A DNA stretch of 64,000 nucleotides from Promethearchaeota archaeon (GCA_016839705.1 JAEOTR010000019.1:1-64000), one strand, 5' to 3'; numbered from the stretch's first letter, positions 18,096 to 29,382 are shown. Numbers and translations: made by a program. Notes: generated from the sequence alone by a model not told the origin.

Positions 18096-18965
18096 ATGAA
18101 GCTATTTTTCCGTAAATTAACAGCTAAGGATCTTCCTGCAATCAAAGAAATAAGCAAGGATATTTGGGAAGGTGAGGATTATATACCTCAAGTTATAGAA
18201 AATTGGCTTCAAGACAAGAATTGCATGAATTATGGTACGTTTCTAGATGAAGAAAGAGAAGAAATGGTAGGATTTGGCAGAGTAAAACTTTTTGCTAAAG
18301 ATATTGCATGGCTTGAAGGAGGGAGAGTAAAAGCTGATTATCAAAAAAGAGGTATTGGTAGAGAGATGATAAAATATGCTTTAGATTACGCTCATCAGGT
18401 AAAAGCAAAAGTAGCACAATATGACACATCTTCAAAAAACTTAGGATCCCTTGCATTAGCAAAACACTTTGGTTTTAAAAGAAAAAAAAATATGAATGTC
18501 TTAGAAGCAGAAAGACAAGATATTAAGCCATTTAAAACTCCTTCTTTGAGTGTTAAAAGAGTTTCTGCTCCTGAAGCTAAGCAGCTCTATAAAAAATTCG
18601 ACATCGGTTTAGGAAATGAGATATGTATGGGGTGGAATTATAAGCCAATAGATTCTATTTCTGAGGAAGATGGCGAATGGTACGTTGTAAATTCCGAAGC
18701 GATTCTCCAAAAGATAAAGATAAGAAGAATCTCTATTCAAGAAAAACCAGAAGAAAATGATGTTTGGATGGTTATATACGGTAAGGTAAATATTTCAATT
18801 GAAATATTCAAATTTGTTCTTCAAAAAGAATTTAAAAATGAAAAAAGTAAGGTATTTTGTGCATTCTGCTCTCAAGAGATAGCGGATTTTATCGAGGATT
18901 TAGGATTTTCATATAACGAAGGCGAACCCTTTGCTGTAGTTCTATTTGAGAAAATCTTAGCTTGA
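18096..18965 (+). CDS. GNAT acetyltransferase
   Basis: WLEGGRV..YQKRGIG, N..S..L..HFGF. Confidence 0.88.
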   Translation: MKLFFRKLTAKDLPAIKEISKDIWEGEDYIPQVIENWLQDKNCMNYGTFLDEEREEMVGFGRVKLFAKDIAWLEGGRVKADYQKRGIGREMIKYALDYAHQVKAKVAQYDTSSKNLGSLALAKHFGFKRKKNMNVLEAERQDIKPFKTPSLSVKRVSAPEAKQLYKKFDIGLGNEICMGWNYKPIDSISEEDGEWYVVNSEAILQKIKIRRISIQEKPEENDVWMVIYGKVNISIEIFKFVLQKEFKNEKSKVFCAFCSQEIADFIEDLGFSYNEGEPFAVVLFEKILA

Positions 18966-19047
18966 TAAAACCTAGATAATTTTGCTTAAGTATTTTAGAA
19001 TTGATAATAGTATATTAAAAAAAAATTTCAAATCGAAGGAATTTTAG

Positions 19048-19770
19048 ATGATTTTAAGTTTGGAACTCATGCTCTTAGGTATTTTTACCTTGATTTATAT
19101 AGGAATAGTGTTGTTAGTAGGAATCATTATAATATCAAAATATTTTAAAATAAAAGATAAAACATTGCTATATATGGGAATTGGTGTTATAGGTGTAGCA
19201 TTCCCATGGTCGGGAGTTGCTATAAATTTTATTAGCATAGTCATTTTTGATATTATTCCCTCGATGGAGGTTCATTTCTTTTTTCATGGTGGTATGGCCC
19301 CAGCATTCCTATTCTTTTGGTTATTAGCAATATTTAATCTTTCAGGAATTCAATCTAAAAAACGTGAGAAGTATTTAATTTACATAGGTGCCGCAGCTTT
19401 CATCACTGAAATTATTTATTTAAGCTTAGTATTTTATAATACGGATATTTTGGGGATTTTATTAAATGAAATTCAAATTGATTATGCCCCTTTTAGTGAA
19501 ATTTATCTTCTAACACAATTAATTATAATTTTAATATCAGGTTTTTGGCTGGCAAGCAAATCTATAAAATCTGAAAATGATCGCATTCATCTAAAAGGAA
19601 AATTACTCCTGTATGGCTTTATCTTATTTCCCATAGCTAGCGTTTTAGAAGTACTAGTTCCCTTTATTCCAGTAATTATTTTAGCAAGGATACTATCAAT
19701 AGTAACTATATTTCTCATCTATCTTGGGTTAATCTTACCGGAGTGGGTGTTTAAACTAAAAAAAAAGTAG
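19048..19770 (+). CDS. Multi-pass (about 7 TM) membrane protein
   Basis: Seven hydrophobic segments, ends YLGLILPEWV. Confidence 0.7.
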   Translation: MILSLELMLLGIFTLIYIGIVLLVGIIIISKYFKIKDKTLLYMGIGVIGVAFPWSGVAINFISIVIFDIIPSMEVHFFFHGGMAPAFLFFWLLAIFNLSGIQSKKREKYLIYIGAAAFITEIIYLSLVFYNTDILGILLNEIQIDYAPFSEIYLLTQLIIILISGFWLASKSIKSENDRIHLKGKLLLYGFILFPIASVLEVLVPFIPVIILARILSIVTIFLIYLGLILPEWVFKLKKK

Positions 19771-19820
19771 AAAAACTTATCTTTAAAAAGAGTGAAATCT
19801 AAAAAAAAGGAAAAAAAAGA

Positions 19821-20339
19821 TTAAGATTCAATATTGATTGATTTGTCTTGAAATCCTTTACCACAGTGAATACAATATACAAATCCTTTATTTGATAAAG
19901 TTTGAATCATTGAATCTGAGAATTTACTTCCGCATTCACTACAAAAAGCAACATCAGGATTGATTGTTTGATAGGTTTTTTGAACAGGTATAATTGGTTC
20001 TGGTTGCTTTACAACATACGGTGCTACTTGCTGTTCTTGAGCAGGTTCACAGCATTCAGGTTTAGGTTTTCCTGAAATCGCATAGTACAATGCTTCAAAA
20101 AGTTTGTAGAAGAGCAATCCTATTCCCTTTAGTAGATAATAAACACCTTTTAATATGTAGTAAACTAAATAGGCAACTCCTTTCAAAACATAATATACGA
20201 TAACCACTGCAAGTGCTAATAATGCAATAACGCCAACTAAAACCAAAATTTGCCCATAAATTGGTTGAGCTAAAAACCAATTAACAATTTCTTCCCATGC
20301 AAGACCAAAAATATTTACATCAGCCATTTTTTGTATCAC
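19821..20339 (-). CDS. Membrane protein with YYxLKG repeats and C-terminal zinc ribbon
   Basis: TM helix, VYYVLKGV/VYYILKGV/YYLLKGI repeats, CSECG..CIHCG. Confidence 0.65.
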   Translation of the reverse strand: MIQKMADVNIFGLAWEEIVNWFLAQPIYGQILVLVGVIALLALAVVIVYYVLKGVAYLVYYILKGVYYLLKGIGLLFYKLFEALYYAISGKPKPECCEPAQEQQVAPYVVKQPEPIIPVQKTYQTINPDVAFCSECGSKFSDSMIQTLSNKGFVYCIHCGKGFQDKSINIES

Positions 20340-20479
20340 TTTAATTTGATTATTTTTTCTTAATTAAAAGGTGATAATAATCAAATTAAAAAAATTTGGA
20401 GTCCAATTTTTAATAGTAAAGGATTTAAAAATCGAAAAGAACCTAATTACTAGAATTAATAATAATTGATGATACAATT

Positions 20480-21901
20480 TTATTTAATTCCCGTTTGTAC
20501 TGTTTCGCCATATTTATGCATCATTTTGAACGCTTTAATAGCTTGATTTATTCTAGTCATAATTGGAATTATAAGGTTTGAATTATAATGCGAAGCACCC
20601 TTAAATACAAAGTCAAAAACCCATCTTGAGCCAAAGCTAACAATAATGCATGGTTTTCTAGATTTCTCAGCTGATTGTTTTAACGCTTTAAATTGCTCCT
20701 TGATTCCATCTAATGCAAATGAAGCCATTCTTTGAAGCGGTACTCTTGGAACCGAAAAAATATATAGCACGCAATCAACCGCATCATCTTTGAAAATTGC
20801 TTTAATAGAAGGGATAAAAGTTTCAAACATCGAAGGTCCTAAATCAATAGTTCCTCCTATTGACACCCAATTTGGGATTATATCTTTTATTTTATCAATC
20901 GTTTTTTTATTTAAATCAGCTAGATTTAACCCTTGTTTTCTAATTTCATCACAGGCTAAAGCCCCTAAACTCCCTGACCCAGTAACAATTGCTACATTTC
21001 TTCCTTTTGGAAGAGGTTGGGTTGCAAAAACATGAGCAATATTGAATAGTTCATAGAAGTTGTCAACCCTAAAGACATGTGGAAATTGATTAAAAAGAGC
21101 ATTATAGATCTTATCATTCCCCGCTATTGAGCCAGTATGGCTATTAACTGCCCGTGAACCAATATCACTTCTCCCGTTTTTAAGAATTAATACTGGCTTT
21201 TTCATCTCAGCAAGAACCTTTTTTAACATTTTGCCTCTTTTAGTACCTTCGAGATAAAGAGCAATTACTTTTGTTTCAGGATCTTCATTTAGGTATTCTA
21301 ACAGATCCACTTCGTCTACATCAACTTTATTTCCAATAGTTATTGCTTTTGAAAACCCGATCCCTTGACTGTTAGCCCAATCTATAAAGACATTCCCTAA
21401 TACCCCCGATTGAGCCACAACAGCGACATCACCCCTTATAGTTTGTTCAAAATCCATATCTGATGTGGTAAATTCATTATGGAAATTAGTTACTCCTATG
21501 CAATTTGGTCCTATAATCCGGATCTTTGATTCTTTCGCAATTTTTTCAATTTCTCTTTGGATCAGAGCATATTTTTCAGTACCCGTTTCTGCAAAACCTG
21601 CTGACTCTATGATAATTCCTTTTACATTCTTTTCAGCACAATCCTTTACAGCCTGAAGTACAAACTTGTTACTGACGATTATAATTGCTAAATCTATATT
21701 TTCGGGAACATCTTTAATATTTCTATAAGCTTTATGTCCAAAGATAATATCACTGTTTATATTAACCGGATAAGTCTTAAATTTAGAGTTCAAGAGGTAT
21801 GTAGTTGTTCCTGTTCCAAATTTAGGTTTTTCGGAGGCTCCTATTATAGCTACTGTTTTAGGTTTGAAAAAAACCTCCATTTTTGAAGTAGAATTCAACA
21901 T
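20480..21901 (-). CDS. acdA: ADP-forming acyl-CoA synthetase alpha subunit
   Basis: AIIGAS, SAGFAE, RIIGPNCIG, AQSG, SHTGSIAG (phospho-His). Confidence 0.88.
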   Translation of the reverse strand: MLNSTSKMEVFFKPKTVAIIGASEKPKFGTGTTTYLLNSKFKTYPVNINSDIIFGHKAYRNIKDVPENIDLAIIIVSNKFVLQAVKDCAEKNVKGIIIESAGFAETGTEKYALIQREIEKIAKESKIRIIGPNCIGVTNFHNEFTTSDMDFEQTIRGDVAVVAQSGVLGNVFIDWANSQGIGFSKAITIGNKVDVDEVDLLEYLNEDPETKVIALYLEGTKRGKMLKKVLAEMKKPVLILKNGRSDIGSRAVNSHTGSIAGNDKIYNALFNQFPHVFRVDNFYELFNIAHVFATQPLPKGRNVAIVTGSGSLGALACDEIRKQGLNLADLNKKTIDKIKDIIPNWVSIGGTIDLGPSMFETFIPSIKAIFKDDAVDCVLYIFSVPRVPLQRMASFALDGIKEQFKALKQSAEKSRKPCIIVSFGSRWVFDFVFKGASHYNSNLIIPIMTRINQAIKAFKMMHKYGETVQTGIK

Positions 21902-22004
21902 TTGTAATAATTAATATATATTGATAATTATGATAAATGAAATTTTTAATTTAACTTAAAGATTGGTTTGGAATCATTAAGAAACTTATTAGGCAATGGA
22001 ATCT

Positions 22005-23114
22005 TTATATGAAAACATCTAAAAAATTATCTACAACCTTAATGGTTTGATCTTCTCTTCCTGTTTTAGGAAAAACTCTATTTAGTAAAAAAGTTTCAAT
22101 TTCCATTATATCTAACCCAGCTAATTCAATCTTCTTTGAATTTATTACATTTTTTATAGTTTTAGCAGCATTTAATATCGTTGCTTGATCGATTCCAATA
22201 GCATTCCTAAACCGAGTTGCAATTATCTCCTTTAAGGCACCTACATCGGTATCAAAAGAAATATACATTTTTGATTTTTCAGTTCCTTTTAAGACGGTTG
22301 ACAATTTTTTGATCATTGTTGATCCTTCTGATTTTGGTATAAATTTTACGCCGTTCTGCTCCATTTCATCGTAAAATTCGACGAATTCTACAATTCTGGG
22401 ATCATGCAATGAACGAAATTTTGCGTCTGGATAATCTTGGCACCCGAAAATTATCAAATTTTCAGGGATAATAACATTTTCTTTTAATAAATAAAATAAA
22501 AAAGAAGCACATGTATATGTATCTACAACATTAAATTTTTCATTAACGGTTGCTATGTGTTCTGAAATCAATGGATTAGTCTCTTCAGGGTGTTCATTCA
22601 TATATTTTGCTATATTCAATGAAATATTAGCAGGTAAACCATCAAAGTGGGCATCAAAAATAAGGATTAGTAAATCTTCCGGTCCATATTCATGAGATAA
22701 TGCGTTCAACACTCCCCCAGTTAGAGAATGATCTACCCCAATCATTAAAGGAAAATCTGGTAATATAGTATTTTTCACATAGGTTTCGAGTCTCCCTGAA
22801 TAAATCCTAATAGCACCTTCACTGGAAAGTTTCTGGAATTCTAGTTGATTCATTAAAGGTAAATCCTTTAGATTTGGTTTAGGAGTCAGCCAAGATTCAA
22901 TAGGAAATTTACCCATTTTAAGATATTTATCTTTTGACAACACGCGACTATATAAAAGTAGTCCTTCGTACGGATCTAAAAAATTAGGATCTATTACGAG
23001 ATTTTGAGCCAATTGATTTAGATAATTTTGTTTAAATTGAAGACTAAGAGGGAGATCTGTTGCATCTAGTGCGGCTCCAAATACTTTTTTTAATTTTACC
23101 AAGTTTTCAGGCAT
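22005..23114 (-). CDS. Arginase/ureohydrolase family protein
   Basis: GVDHSLT, DAHFD, SFDTDV, DIMEI metal motifs. Confidence 0.85.
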   Translation of the reverse strand: MPENLVKLKKVFGAALDATDLPLSLQFKQNYLNQLAQNLVIDPNFLDPYEGLLLYSRVLSKDKYLKMGKFPIESWLTPKPNLKDLPLMNQLEFQKLSSEGAIRIYSGRLETYVKNTILPDFPLMIGVDHSLTGGVLNALSHEYGPEDLLILIFDAHFDGLPANISLNIAKYMNEHPEETNPLISEHIATVNEKFNVVDTYTCASFLFYLLKENVIIPENLIIFGCQDYPDAKFRSLHDPRIVEFVEFYDEMEQNGVKFIPKSEGSTMIKKLSTVLKGTEKSKMYISFDTDVGALKEIIATRFRNAIGIDQATILNAAKTIKNVINSKKIELAGLDIMEIETFLLNRVFPKTGREDQTIKVVDNFLDVFI

Positions 23115-23185
23115 TCTATCAACTAATATGAAAATTGAATTAATCTATAAATAATATAAAGGATTTAATATAATTTATAAGGTCG

Positions 23186-24619
23186 ATGAAAATGATAGAT
23201 AACGAAATTATTACGGAATTAGAAGGAATTGTAGGGGAAAAATTTGTTTCGGATCAACCTGAAATGCAATATCTATATCATTATGATTTCATAACAGCTG
23301 AGCCAGAAGGAAAATGCGATATTGTAATTATGCCAAATACTGCAGAGGAAGTTCAGGAAATTGTCAAAATTGGTAATAAAAACAAAATTCCTATTGTTCC
23401 ATGGGTTTCTGGTATAAATTTTGGCTCTCTTGCCACCCCTAGAAAAGGAGGAATTGTTGTTGATTTAAGGAGACTAAATCGAGTATTGGAAGTAAACGAG
23501 GATGATATGTATGCATTGGTTGAGGGAGGGATAACGTGGGCAGATTTACAAGGGTACCTCGAAAAGAATCATCCTAATTTAAGAGCGGGAGTAACATGGT
23601 CCCCTCCAGGTACAGGAGTAGTTCCTTCATGTCTATGTTATGGGATGTTTGATTTAGGCATGATTGGTGGCTCTGGTGCTGAGTTTTTAAACGGTTTAGA
23701 AGCAGTACTAGGATCGGGAGAACTTGTTAAAATAGGTTCTTGTGCCCTTTCTAAACATTGGTATGGTAGACAGCCATTACCAGATTTAGCGGGATTGTTT
23801 ATAGGTTGGGAAGGTACAACGGGGATCGTAACCAAAGCTGCTATTAAATTGTGGCCAAGACTACCTTTCAATGAAACTTTTACAGGTATGACGCTTAAGG
23901 TAGATGATGGTATTCCTGTCATGCTAAAACTTGCGAAAGCTGGTCTTGGAATTACTGATATAGTTGTGGTTAATCTCGGTTGGAGCCAAGCAGTCCAATT
24001 TTTAAATGAGAATAAAGTACCTAAAGATGCCATGGAAGCAAAACAACCAGATTTTATAGCAAGTATTGCAACTCAAGCATATACTGCTCAACAACATGAA
24101 GCTCAATGCGAAGCCATTCAAGAGATTTGTAAAAAGGATAATATATATCTTCTTCCAAGAGAAGGAGGCATAGAAGTAATACAAGGCCCCCCAAATCAGG
24201 TTTGGGGTTGTTGGAATTTTTCAAGAGGTGGTGGTGGTCAATGGATTGGGTCTTATTGCTCAACAAGAGACATAGCGAATTATTACAATGTAGCACGGAA
24301 AATTTGTTTGAAATATAATAAACCTCCACAATTTTATAGTAGAATAATGTTTGGAGGGCATTATTGTGTTGCGCGCACGAACATTAATTTTAATAAGAAT
24401 GATCCTAACGAGATTGAAATGGCACGGAATCTCTTAAAAGAAATTCACGAGGAAGTTCAACAAATTGATGGAGCTATAATGTATAAATCACCAAAATGGG
24501 CATATGAAACACATAAAGAAAAAATATTTCCCGCTACAGGCGAATTAATTGAAAAAATTAGAAAGCTTCTTGATCCAAATGGAATAATGAATCCCGGACA
24601 AGGAAGAGGAGAAGAGTAA
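23186..24619 (+). CDS. FAD-binding oxidoreductase (GlcD/D-lactate dehydrogenase, VAO family)
   Basis: PCMH FAD fold; GWEGTTGIVT; LDPNGIMNPG. Confidence 0.9.
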   Translation: MKMIDNEIITELEGIVGEKFVSDQPEMQYLYHYDFITAEPEGKCDIVIMPNTAEEVQEIVKIGNKNKIPIVPWVSGINFGSLATPRKGGIVVDLRRLNRVLEVNEDDMYALVEGGITWADLQGYLEKNHPNLRAGVTWSPPGTGVVPSCLCYGMFDLGMIGGSGAEFLNGLEAVLGSGELVKIGSCALSKHWYGRQPLPDLAGLFIGWEGTTGIVTKAAIKLWPRLPFNETFTGMTLKVDDGIPVMLKLAKAGLGITDIVVVNLGWSQAVQFLNENKVPKDAMEAKQPDFIASIATQAYTAQQHEAQCEAIQEICKKDNIYLLPREGGIEVIQGPPNQVWGCWNFSRGGGGQWIGSYCSTRDIANYYNVARKICLKYNKPPQFYSRIMFGGHYCVARTNINFNKNDPNEIEMARNLLKEIHEEVQQIDGAIMYKSPKWAYETHKEKIFPATGELIEKIRKLLDPNGIMNPGQGRGEE

Positions 24620-24620
24620 C

Positions 24621-25862
24621 ATGGCGAAGAGGAGAATTAGAAATATACCTGGTACTGGAATTTCTAAAATAACTTTAGCTCATGAAAATCAGAAACTTGA
24701 AAGACATCAAGATTTAACGCATTATGAGAACACCTTTTTTCAGTGTGGTAAGTGTGGAACGTGCAGAACAGTTTATAAAGATGCTTATTGGTCTAAAGTT
24801 TGTCCATCTGGAGAATTTGGAGGTTTTGAAGCGTATTACCTTGGAGGAAAAAATCTGTTAACATGGGCAATAACTACAGATAAGCTTAAATGGAGTGAAA
24901 ATTTAGCAAAGATCTTTTATCAATGTTCTGTTTGCATGGCATGTATTCAGCAATGCCAAATACCAGAAATACACTCTTTTGCTGGCGAATGGTTAATGGC
25001 AATGAGACAAGAAGCTGTTAAGGCGGGATATGGTCCAATGCCAGAACAAGCTAAGTATACTGACCATGTAATGACAGAAAAAAATCCATATATGGAAAAA
25101 AATGAAGATCGATTAGAGTGGTTACCTTCACACATCAAACTATCATCAGATGCTAAATTAGCTTATTTTGTAGGGTGTACCTCCAGTTATAGGGAAAAAG
25201 AAGTTGCTATTGCTACTGCTGAAATATTAAATAAATTAAATGTTGATTTTACTATTCTTGAAAAGGAAGGATGTTGTGGATCTCCTGTATATATGACGGG
25301 ACAGACAGAAAAAGCTAAAAAATTAGCACAAAAAAATGTTGATATATTTAAAGATGCAGGAATTGAACAAATTATTACATCTTGCGCAGGATGTTATAGA
25401 ACATGGAAAGATATTTACCCAAATAAATTTGGTTTAGATCATGGAATAGAGATTAGTCATTTACCACAGTTCATTAGGAAAAAACTAAAAAGCGGAGAGT
25501 TAAAATTCAACAATAAAATTGATATGAAAATTACATATCATGATCCCTGTCATATAGGACGTCATATGGGTATATACAAAGCACCTAGAGATGTAATCCA
25601 AGACATCCCTGGGATTGAATTGATAGAGATGACACGAAATAGACACAATGCATGGTGTTGCGGTTCGGGAGGAGGAGTGAGATCATCATTCAAGGATTTA
25701 TCTGCTTTTGCAGCAAGTGAAAGAATAGAAGAAGCTAAAGAGACTAAAGCTAATGCACTTGTTTCTTGTTGTCCCTTCTGTCTAAACCAATTTAAATCCA
25801 ATATCGAAAATGGCGAGATTCAAGCAATGGATCTTTCTGAATTAATTAATAAAGCACTTTAA
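24621..25862 (+). CDS. HdrD/GlpC-like Fe-S oxidoreductase
   Basis: CxxCxxC..CP, CxxCxxCxxxC, two CCG domains, YHDPC. Confidence 0.92.
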   Translation: MAKRRIRNIPGTGISKITLAHENQKLERHQDLTHYENTFFQCGKCGTCRTVYKDAYWSKVCPSGEFGGFEAYYLGGKNLLTWAITTDKLKWSENLAKIFYQCSVCMACIQQCQIPEIHSFAGEWLMAMRQEAVKAGYGPMPEQAKYTDHVMTEKNPYMEKNEDRLEWLPSHIKLSSDAKLAYFVGCTSSYREKEVAIATAEILNKLNVDFTILEKEGCCGSPVYMTGQTEKAKKLAQKNVDIFKDAGIEQIITSCAGCYRTWKDIYPNKFGLDHGIEISHLPQFIRKKLKSGELKFNNKIDMKITYHDPCHIGRHMGIYKAPRDVIQDIPGIELIEMTRNRHNAWCCGSGGGVRSSFKDLSAFAASERIEEAKETKANALVSCCPFCLNQFKSNIENGEIQAMDLSELINKAL

Positions 25863-25919
25863 AAAATTCAAAATTCTTTTTTTCTTTTCTTTAAAATATT
25901 AGAATTATAAAAAAAAATA

Positions 25920-26699
25920 TTAAGATTTTAATTGCTCTTTTGCGGTTAATGCTGCTCCTAAAGCACCTATTAACTGAGGATCAACAGGCAGTTTTTTTGA
26001 CTGCACCCCTAAACGTTTCTCTAGATACGCAACAACTCCTATATTTTTTGCTACTCCCCCAGTTATAGTTAAATCTTCTTCAAGACCAACCCTATAAACC
26101 AGAGACATTATTCTAGATGCAATAGCATCATGTATTCCCGCAACAATATCTGAAACTTCCACGCCATCCGCCATTAAACTAACAACTTCAGTTTCAGCAA
26201 AAACACTACACTGAGCAGTGATTTTTGCCTGATTTTTCGATTCTAAAGATATAGGTCCAAGTTCTTCTAATTTTAATTCTAAAGTTCTCGCCATTACTTC
26301 TAAAAATCGGCCTGTTCCTGCTGCGCATTTATCATTCATGGCAAAATCTAAAATTTTCCCATTTTTATCTACTTTTATTACTTTACAATCTTGCCCGCCA
26401 ACATCTATTATCGTTCTAATTGATGGAATAAGTGAGTGAGCCCCTTTACCATGGCAAGATAACTCAGATAATTCAGAATTCGCAAAGGGGATTTTTACTC
26501 TCCCGTATCCTGTCCCTACAATATAGTCGATTTTTTCTAAAGATAAATTCCCCTTTTTAAGTGCCTCATCCATCGCATCTTGAGCAGTTCTCTCCGGTTT
26601 AGGTGTTGTTGGAACAATGCTATAAGATAAAATTTCATCATCATTTAATATAACTGCTTTACCTGTTAAGGAACCTACATCACATCCTGCTACTATCAA
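25920..26699 (-). CDS. 2-hydroxyacyl-CoA dehydratase activator (HgdC/BadG-type ATPase)
   Basis: GCDVGS, TGYGR, DVGGQDCK, MNDKCAAGTGRFLE, CSVFAETE. Confidence 0.93.
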   Translation of the reverse strand: MIVAGCDVGSLTGKAVILNDDEILSYSIVPTTPKPERTAQDAMDEALKKGNLSLEKIDYIVGTGYGRVKIPFANSELSELSCHGKGAHSLIPSIRTIIDVGGQDCKVIKVDKNGKILDFAMNDKCAAGTGRFLEVMARTLELKLEELGPISLESKNQAKITAQCSVFAETEVVSLMADGVEVSDIVAGIHDAIASRIMSLVYRVGLEEDLTITGGVAKNIGVVAYLEKRLGVQSKKLPVDPQLIGALGAALTAKEQLKS

Positions 26700-26715
26700 T
26701 TTTAATAAACCTCCT

Positions 26716-28044
26716 TCATAAGACTACTTGAGTAATAAAATCCGAAATCCCTCCCCTTATAGCTTCTGAGGTTACTTCACGTGAATCGTATGGATCACAA
26801 CCAAAGATATAAACTGGAACACCTGTTTCCTCTCGCACGGCTTCTGAGCTAACTCGCGCCATTAAATAAGCATGTTTACAAGCAAACTGCATTGGCATTA
26901 TCACACAATCTATTTTATAATCTTTTACATAATTTATTAAAAATTCAATATAGTATTCGATCGGACCCCTACATGTACCAATCATGGAAAAATCAAGAGT
27001 TCCTTTTGCTAAACTCTCAAAACATTTTTCTGGTGTTGAAACATCATGGGGTAGAACTTGATAAAATCCCAGTAAATCCATTATAACCACTGCTTGAAAT
27101 GTTTCTTCTAGCCATGTTAATAAATCTCCATCAAAAAAAATATGAGTATAAGGCCAAGCAATCCTTATTTTCTCATCAGGTACGCCAGCAATACCATTTT
27201 TTACATTTTTTGCTGCCGAGTCCCTTAACCACTTAGTAGATTTAACAGCATCATCAGTTCCCCCATAACCTACCATTGATAGAAAATTCCCCATACCAGC
27301 TTGACTATTAACTGGACAAGGTACAGTTTTTAGTAATTCATTAAATTCTAAAATATATTGTCTAGCTTGATTTACTTTAACCATCGTTTCCTGAAATTTC
27401 TCAAATTTTAATTTTTGATTTGTTTTTTGTTCTAGCCAAGATATTAACTCTTTTGATTGATTTATCATGTAATCAATGACTTTATCATCATTAAACTCCC
27501 CAGCTTTATCGTAAGTCCAATATGGGATATCAATGTTAAATGAAGGGATGCTCGCTAACTGCTCAAAGACTTGATACGTCATAGCAAGGGAATTACAAGG
27601 TGTTGATAGAAAGAACAATAGATCAGGGATTGGAGCGACTCCTTGCATATAGGACCCAATTAAAGGTCTTTGAGCATTACAAACCGTTGGGTTATCTCCG
27701 TATCCTATTTTATTAGCAAGATCTAGGAAGGGTTCATTAAGACGTAAAGGTGCCAATCCAACACTGTATGTTTCCTGCATCAAAGGCACTAAATCCATTG
27801 CATAAAAAATTTCGGGACCGTAATTAAAGGGGTGCATCATAATTTTTTTCCCTTCCTTTCTTGCTTTAGGAATAGCAAGGAAATAATTTAACAACATTTC
27901 AGTAATTGGAGTTAGTTCATCCCCTTTTCTCTGATTTAATAAACCAATATACATCATTTTTAACATAGAAAGGTCCTTTCCCCAGTTACCTCTACTAAGG
28001 TTTTTATATTTTAGATAAATTTCGTCATCCAATTTTTTTACCAC
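26716..28044 (-). CDS. 2-hydroxyacyl-CoA dehydratase alpha-like subunit (HgdA/BcrB family)
   Basis: C..Q, STPCN, CPV, DEKIRI, FACK; paralog of 28057..29382. Confidence 0.85.
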   Translation of the reverse strand: MVKKLDDEIYLKYKNLSRGNWGKDLSMLKMMYIGLLNQRKGDELTPITEMLLNYFLAIPKARKEGKKIMMHPFNYGPEIFYAMDLVPLMQETYSVGLAPLRLNEPFLDLANKIGYGDNPTVCNAQRPLIGSYMQGVAPIPDLLFFLSTPCNSLAMTYQVFEQLASIPSFNIDIPYWTYDKAGEFNDDKVIDYMINQSKELISWLEQKTNQKLKFEKFQETMVKVNQARQYILEFNELLKTVPCPVNSQAGMGNFLSMVGYGGTDDAVKSTKWLRDSAAKNVKNGIAGVPDEKIRIAWPYTHIFFDGDLLTWLEETFQAVVIMDLLGFYQVLPHDVSTPEKCFESLAKGTLDFSMIGTCRGPIEYYIEFLINYVKDYKIDCVIMPMQFACKHAYLMARVSSEAVREETGVPVYIFGCDPYDSREVTSEAIRGGISDFITQVVL

Positions 28045-28056
28045 CTTTATCCTTCT

Positions 28057-29382
28057 TTAAATTACAATTTGTGTTAGAAAATCTGAAATTTTTCCTTTAA
28101 TTTCTTCTGAAGTAACTTCTCTTGAATCATATGAGTCGCAACTGAAAATCAAGCTCGGAATTCCAGTTTCTTCTTTTATAGCTTCCGATGTTACTTGTCC
28201 CATTAGGTAGACGTGCTTGCATGCAAAATGCATAGGCATAATAACACAGTCAATTTTATAATCTTTAATAAAATTTATCATATATTCTATGTAAAATTCA
28301 ATAGGACCTCTACATTTTCCAACCATCGAGGCATCTAATGTTCCCTTAGCTAAACTTTGAAAACAATTTTCGATTGTTGATGTATCGTGGGGAAGTACTT
28401 TATAATGACCCAATAGATCCATTATAACTACAGCATTAAAAGAGTTTTCTATCCATGTTAAAAGAGTTGCGTCAAAAAATACGTGAGTGTAAGGCCAAGC
28501 AATCCTGATTTTCTCGTCAGGGACACCACCTATCCCATTTTTAACATTATATGCTGCTTCGTCTCGCATCGATTTGGTAACTTTAACTGCATCCATTGAA
28601 CCTCCACGAGTTACCATAGTTTGAAAAATCGACATCCCAGTTACACTAGTCACTGGACAAGGAACCGATTGTAAGAGCTCATTGAATTCCAAGACATAAC
28701 CACGCGCTTCATTACACAATTGCATAGTGTGTTGAAATCTTTCTTCATCAAATGTCAATTTTGTATTATTTTCTATCCAATTCACACAATTTTTTGATTG
28801 ATCAATTACATATTCCACTGTTTTTCCATCATAATAATCATTTCCTTGGTCGTAAGCCCAGTATGGAATATCTAAATTAAAAGAGGGAATTTTTGTTATA
28901 CTTTGAAAAACTTGGTAAGACATTGATAGGGAGTTACACGGTGTTGAGAGATAGAACAGAAGGTCAGGTAAAGGTGCTCCTCCTTGTATTGCCAAGCTAA
29001 TAAAAGGTCTTTGAGCATTACAGATTGTAGGATTATCACCATATCCTATTTTATTTGCGAAATCAATGTATGGTTGATTCATATGGAAAGGGGCTATCCC
29101 TACGCTAATTGATTCTTGCATTAATGGTGTTAAATTCATCGCGAAAAATAATTCAGGTTCATAATTAAAAGGATGCAGAATAATTGGTTTTCCTTGCTTA
29201 CGTGCTTTGGGAATATCTGCAAAAGTATTGAGAACCATCTCATTAAAAGCTGTTAACTCTATATCTTTTTGATAATTTAATAATCCAGTAAACATCATTT
29301 TCCATATAGCAAGATCTTTACCCCAATTTTCTTTTGAAAGCTTATCATATTCATTGAATAATTCAATATCGATAATTTTCAC
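28057..29382 (-). CDS. 2-hydroxyacyl-CoA dehydratase alpha-like subunit (HgdA/BcrB family)
   Basis: Same motifs; GTGA overlap with the stop of 29379..30500. Confidence 0.85.
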   Translation of the reverse strand: MKIIDIELFNEYDKLSKENWGKDLAIWKMMFTGLLNYQKDIELTAFNEMVLNTFADIPKARKQGKPIILHPFNYEPELFFAMNLTPLMQESISVGIAPFHMNQPYIDFANKIGYGDNPTICNAQRPFISLAIQGGAPLPDLLFYLSTPCNSLSMSYQVFQSITKIPSFNLDIPYWAYDQGNDYYDGKTVEYVIDQSKNCVNWIENNTKLTFDEERFQHTMQLCNEARGYVLEFNELLQSVPCPVTSVTGMSIFQTMVTRGGSMDAVKVTKSMRDEAAYNVKNGIGGVPDEKIRIAWPYTHVFFDATLLTWIENSFNAVVIMDLLGHYKVLPHDTSTIENCFQSLAKGTLDASMVGKCRGPIEFYIEYMINFIKDYKIDCVIMPMHFACKHVYLMGQVTSEAIKEETGIPSLIFSCDSYDSREVTSEEIKGKISDFLTQIVI

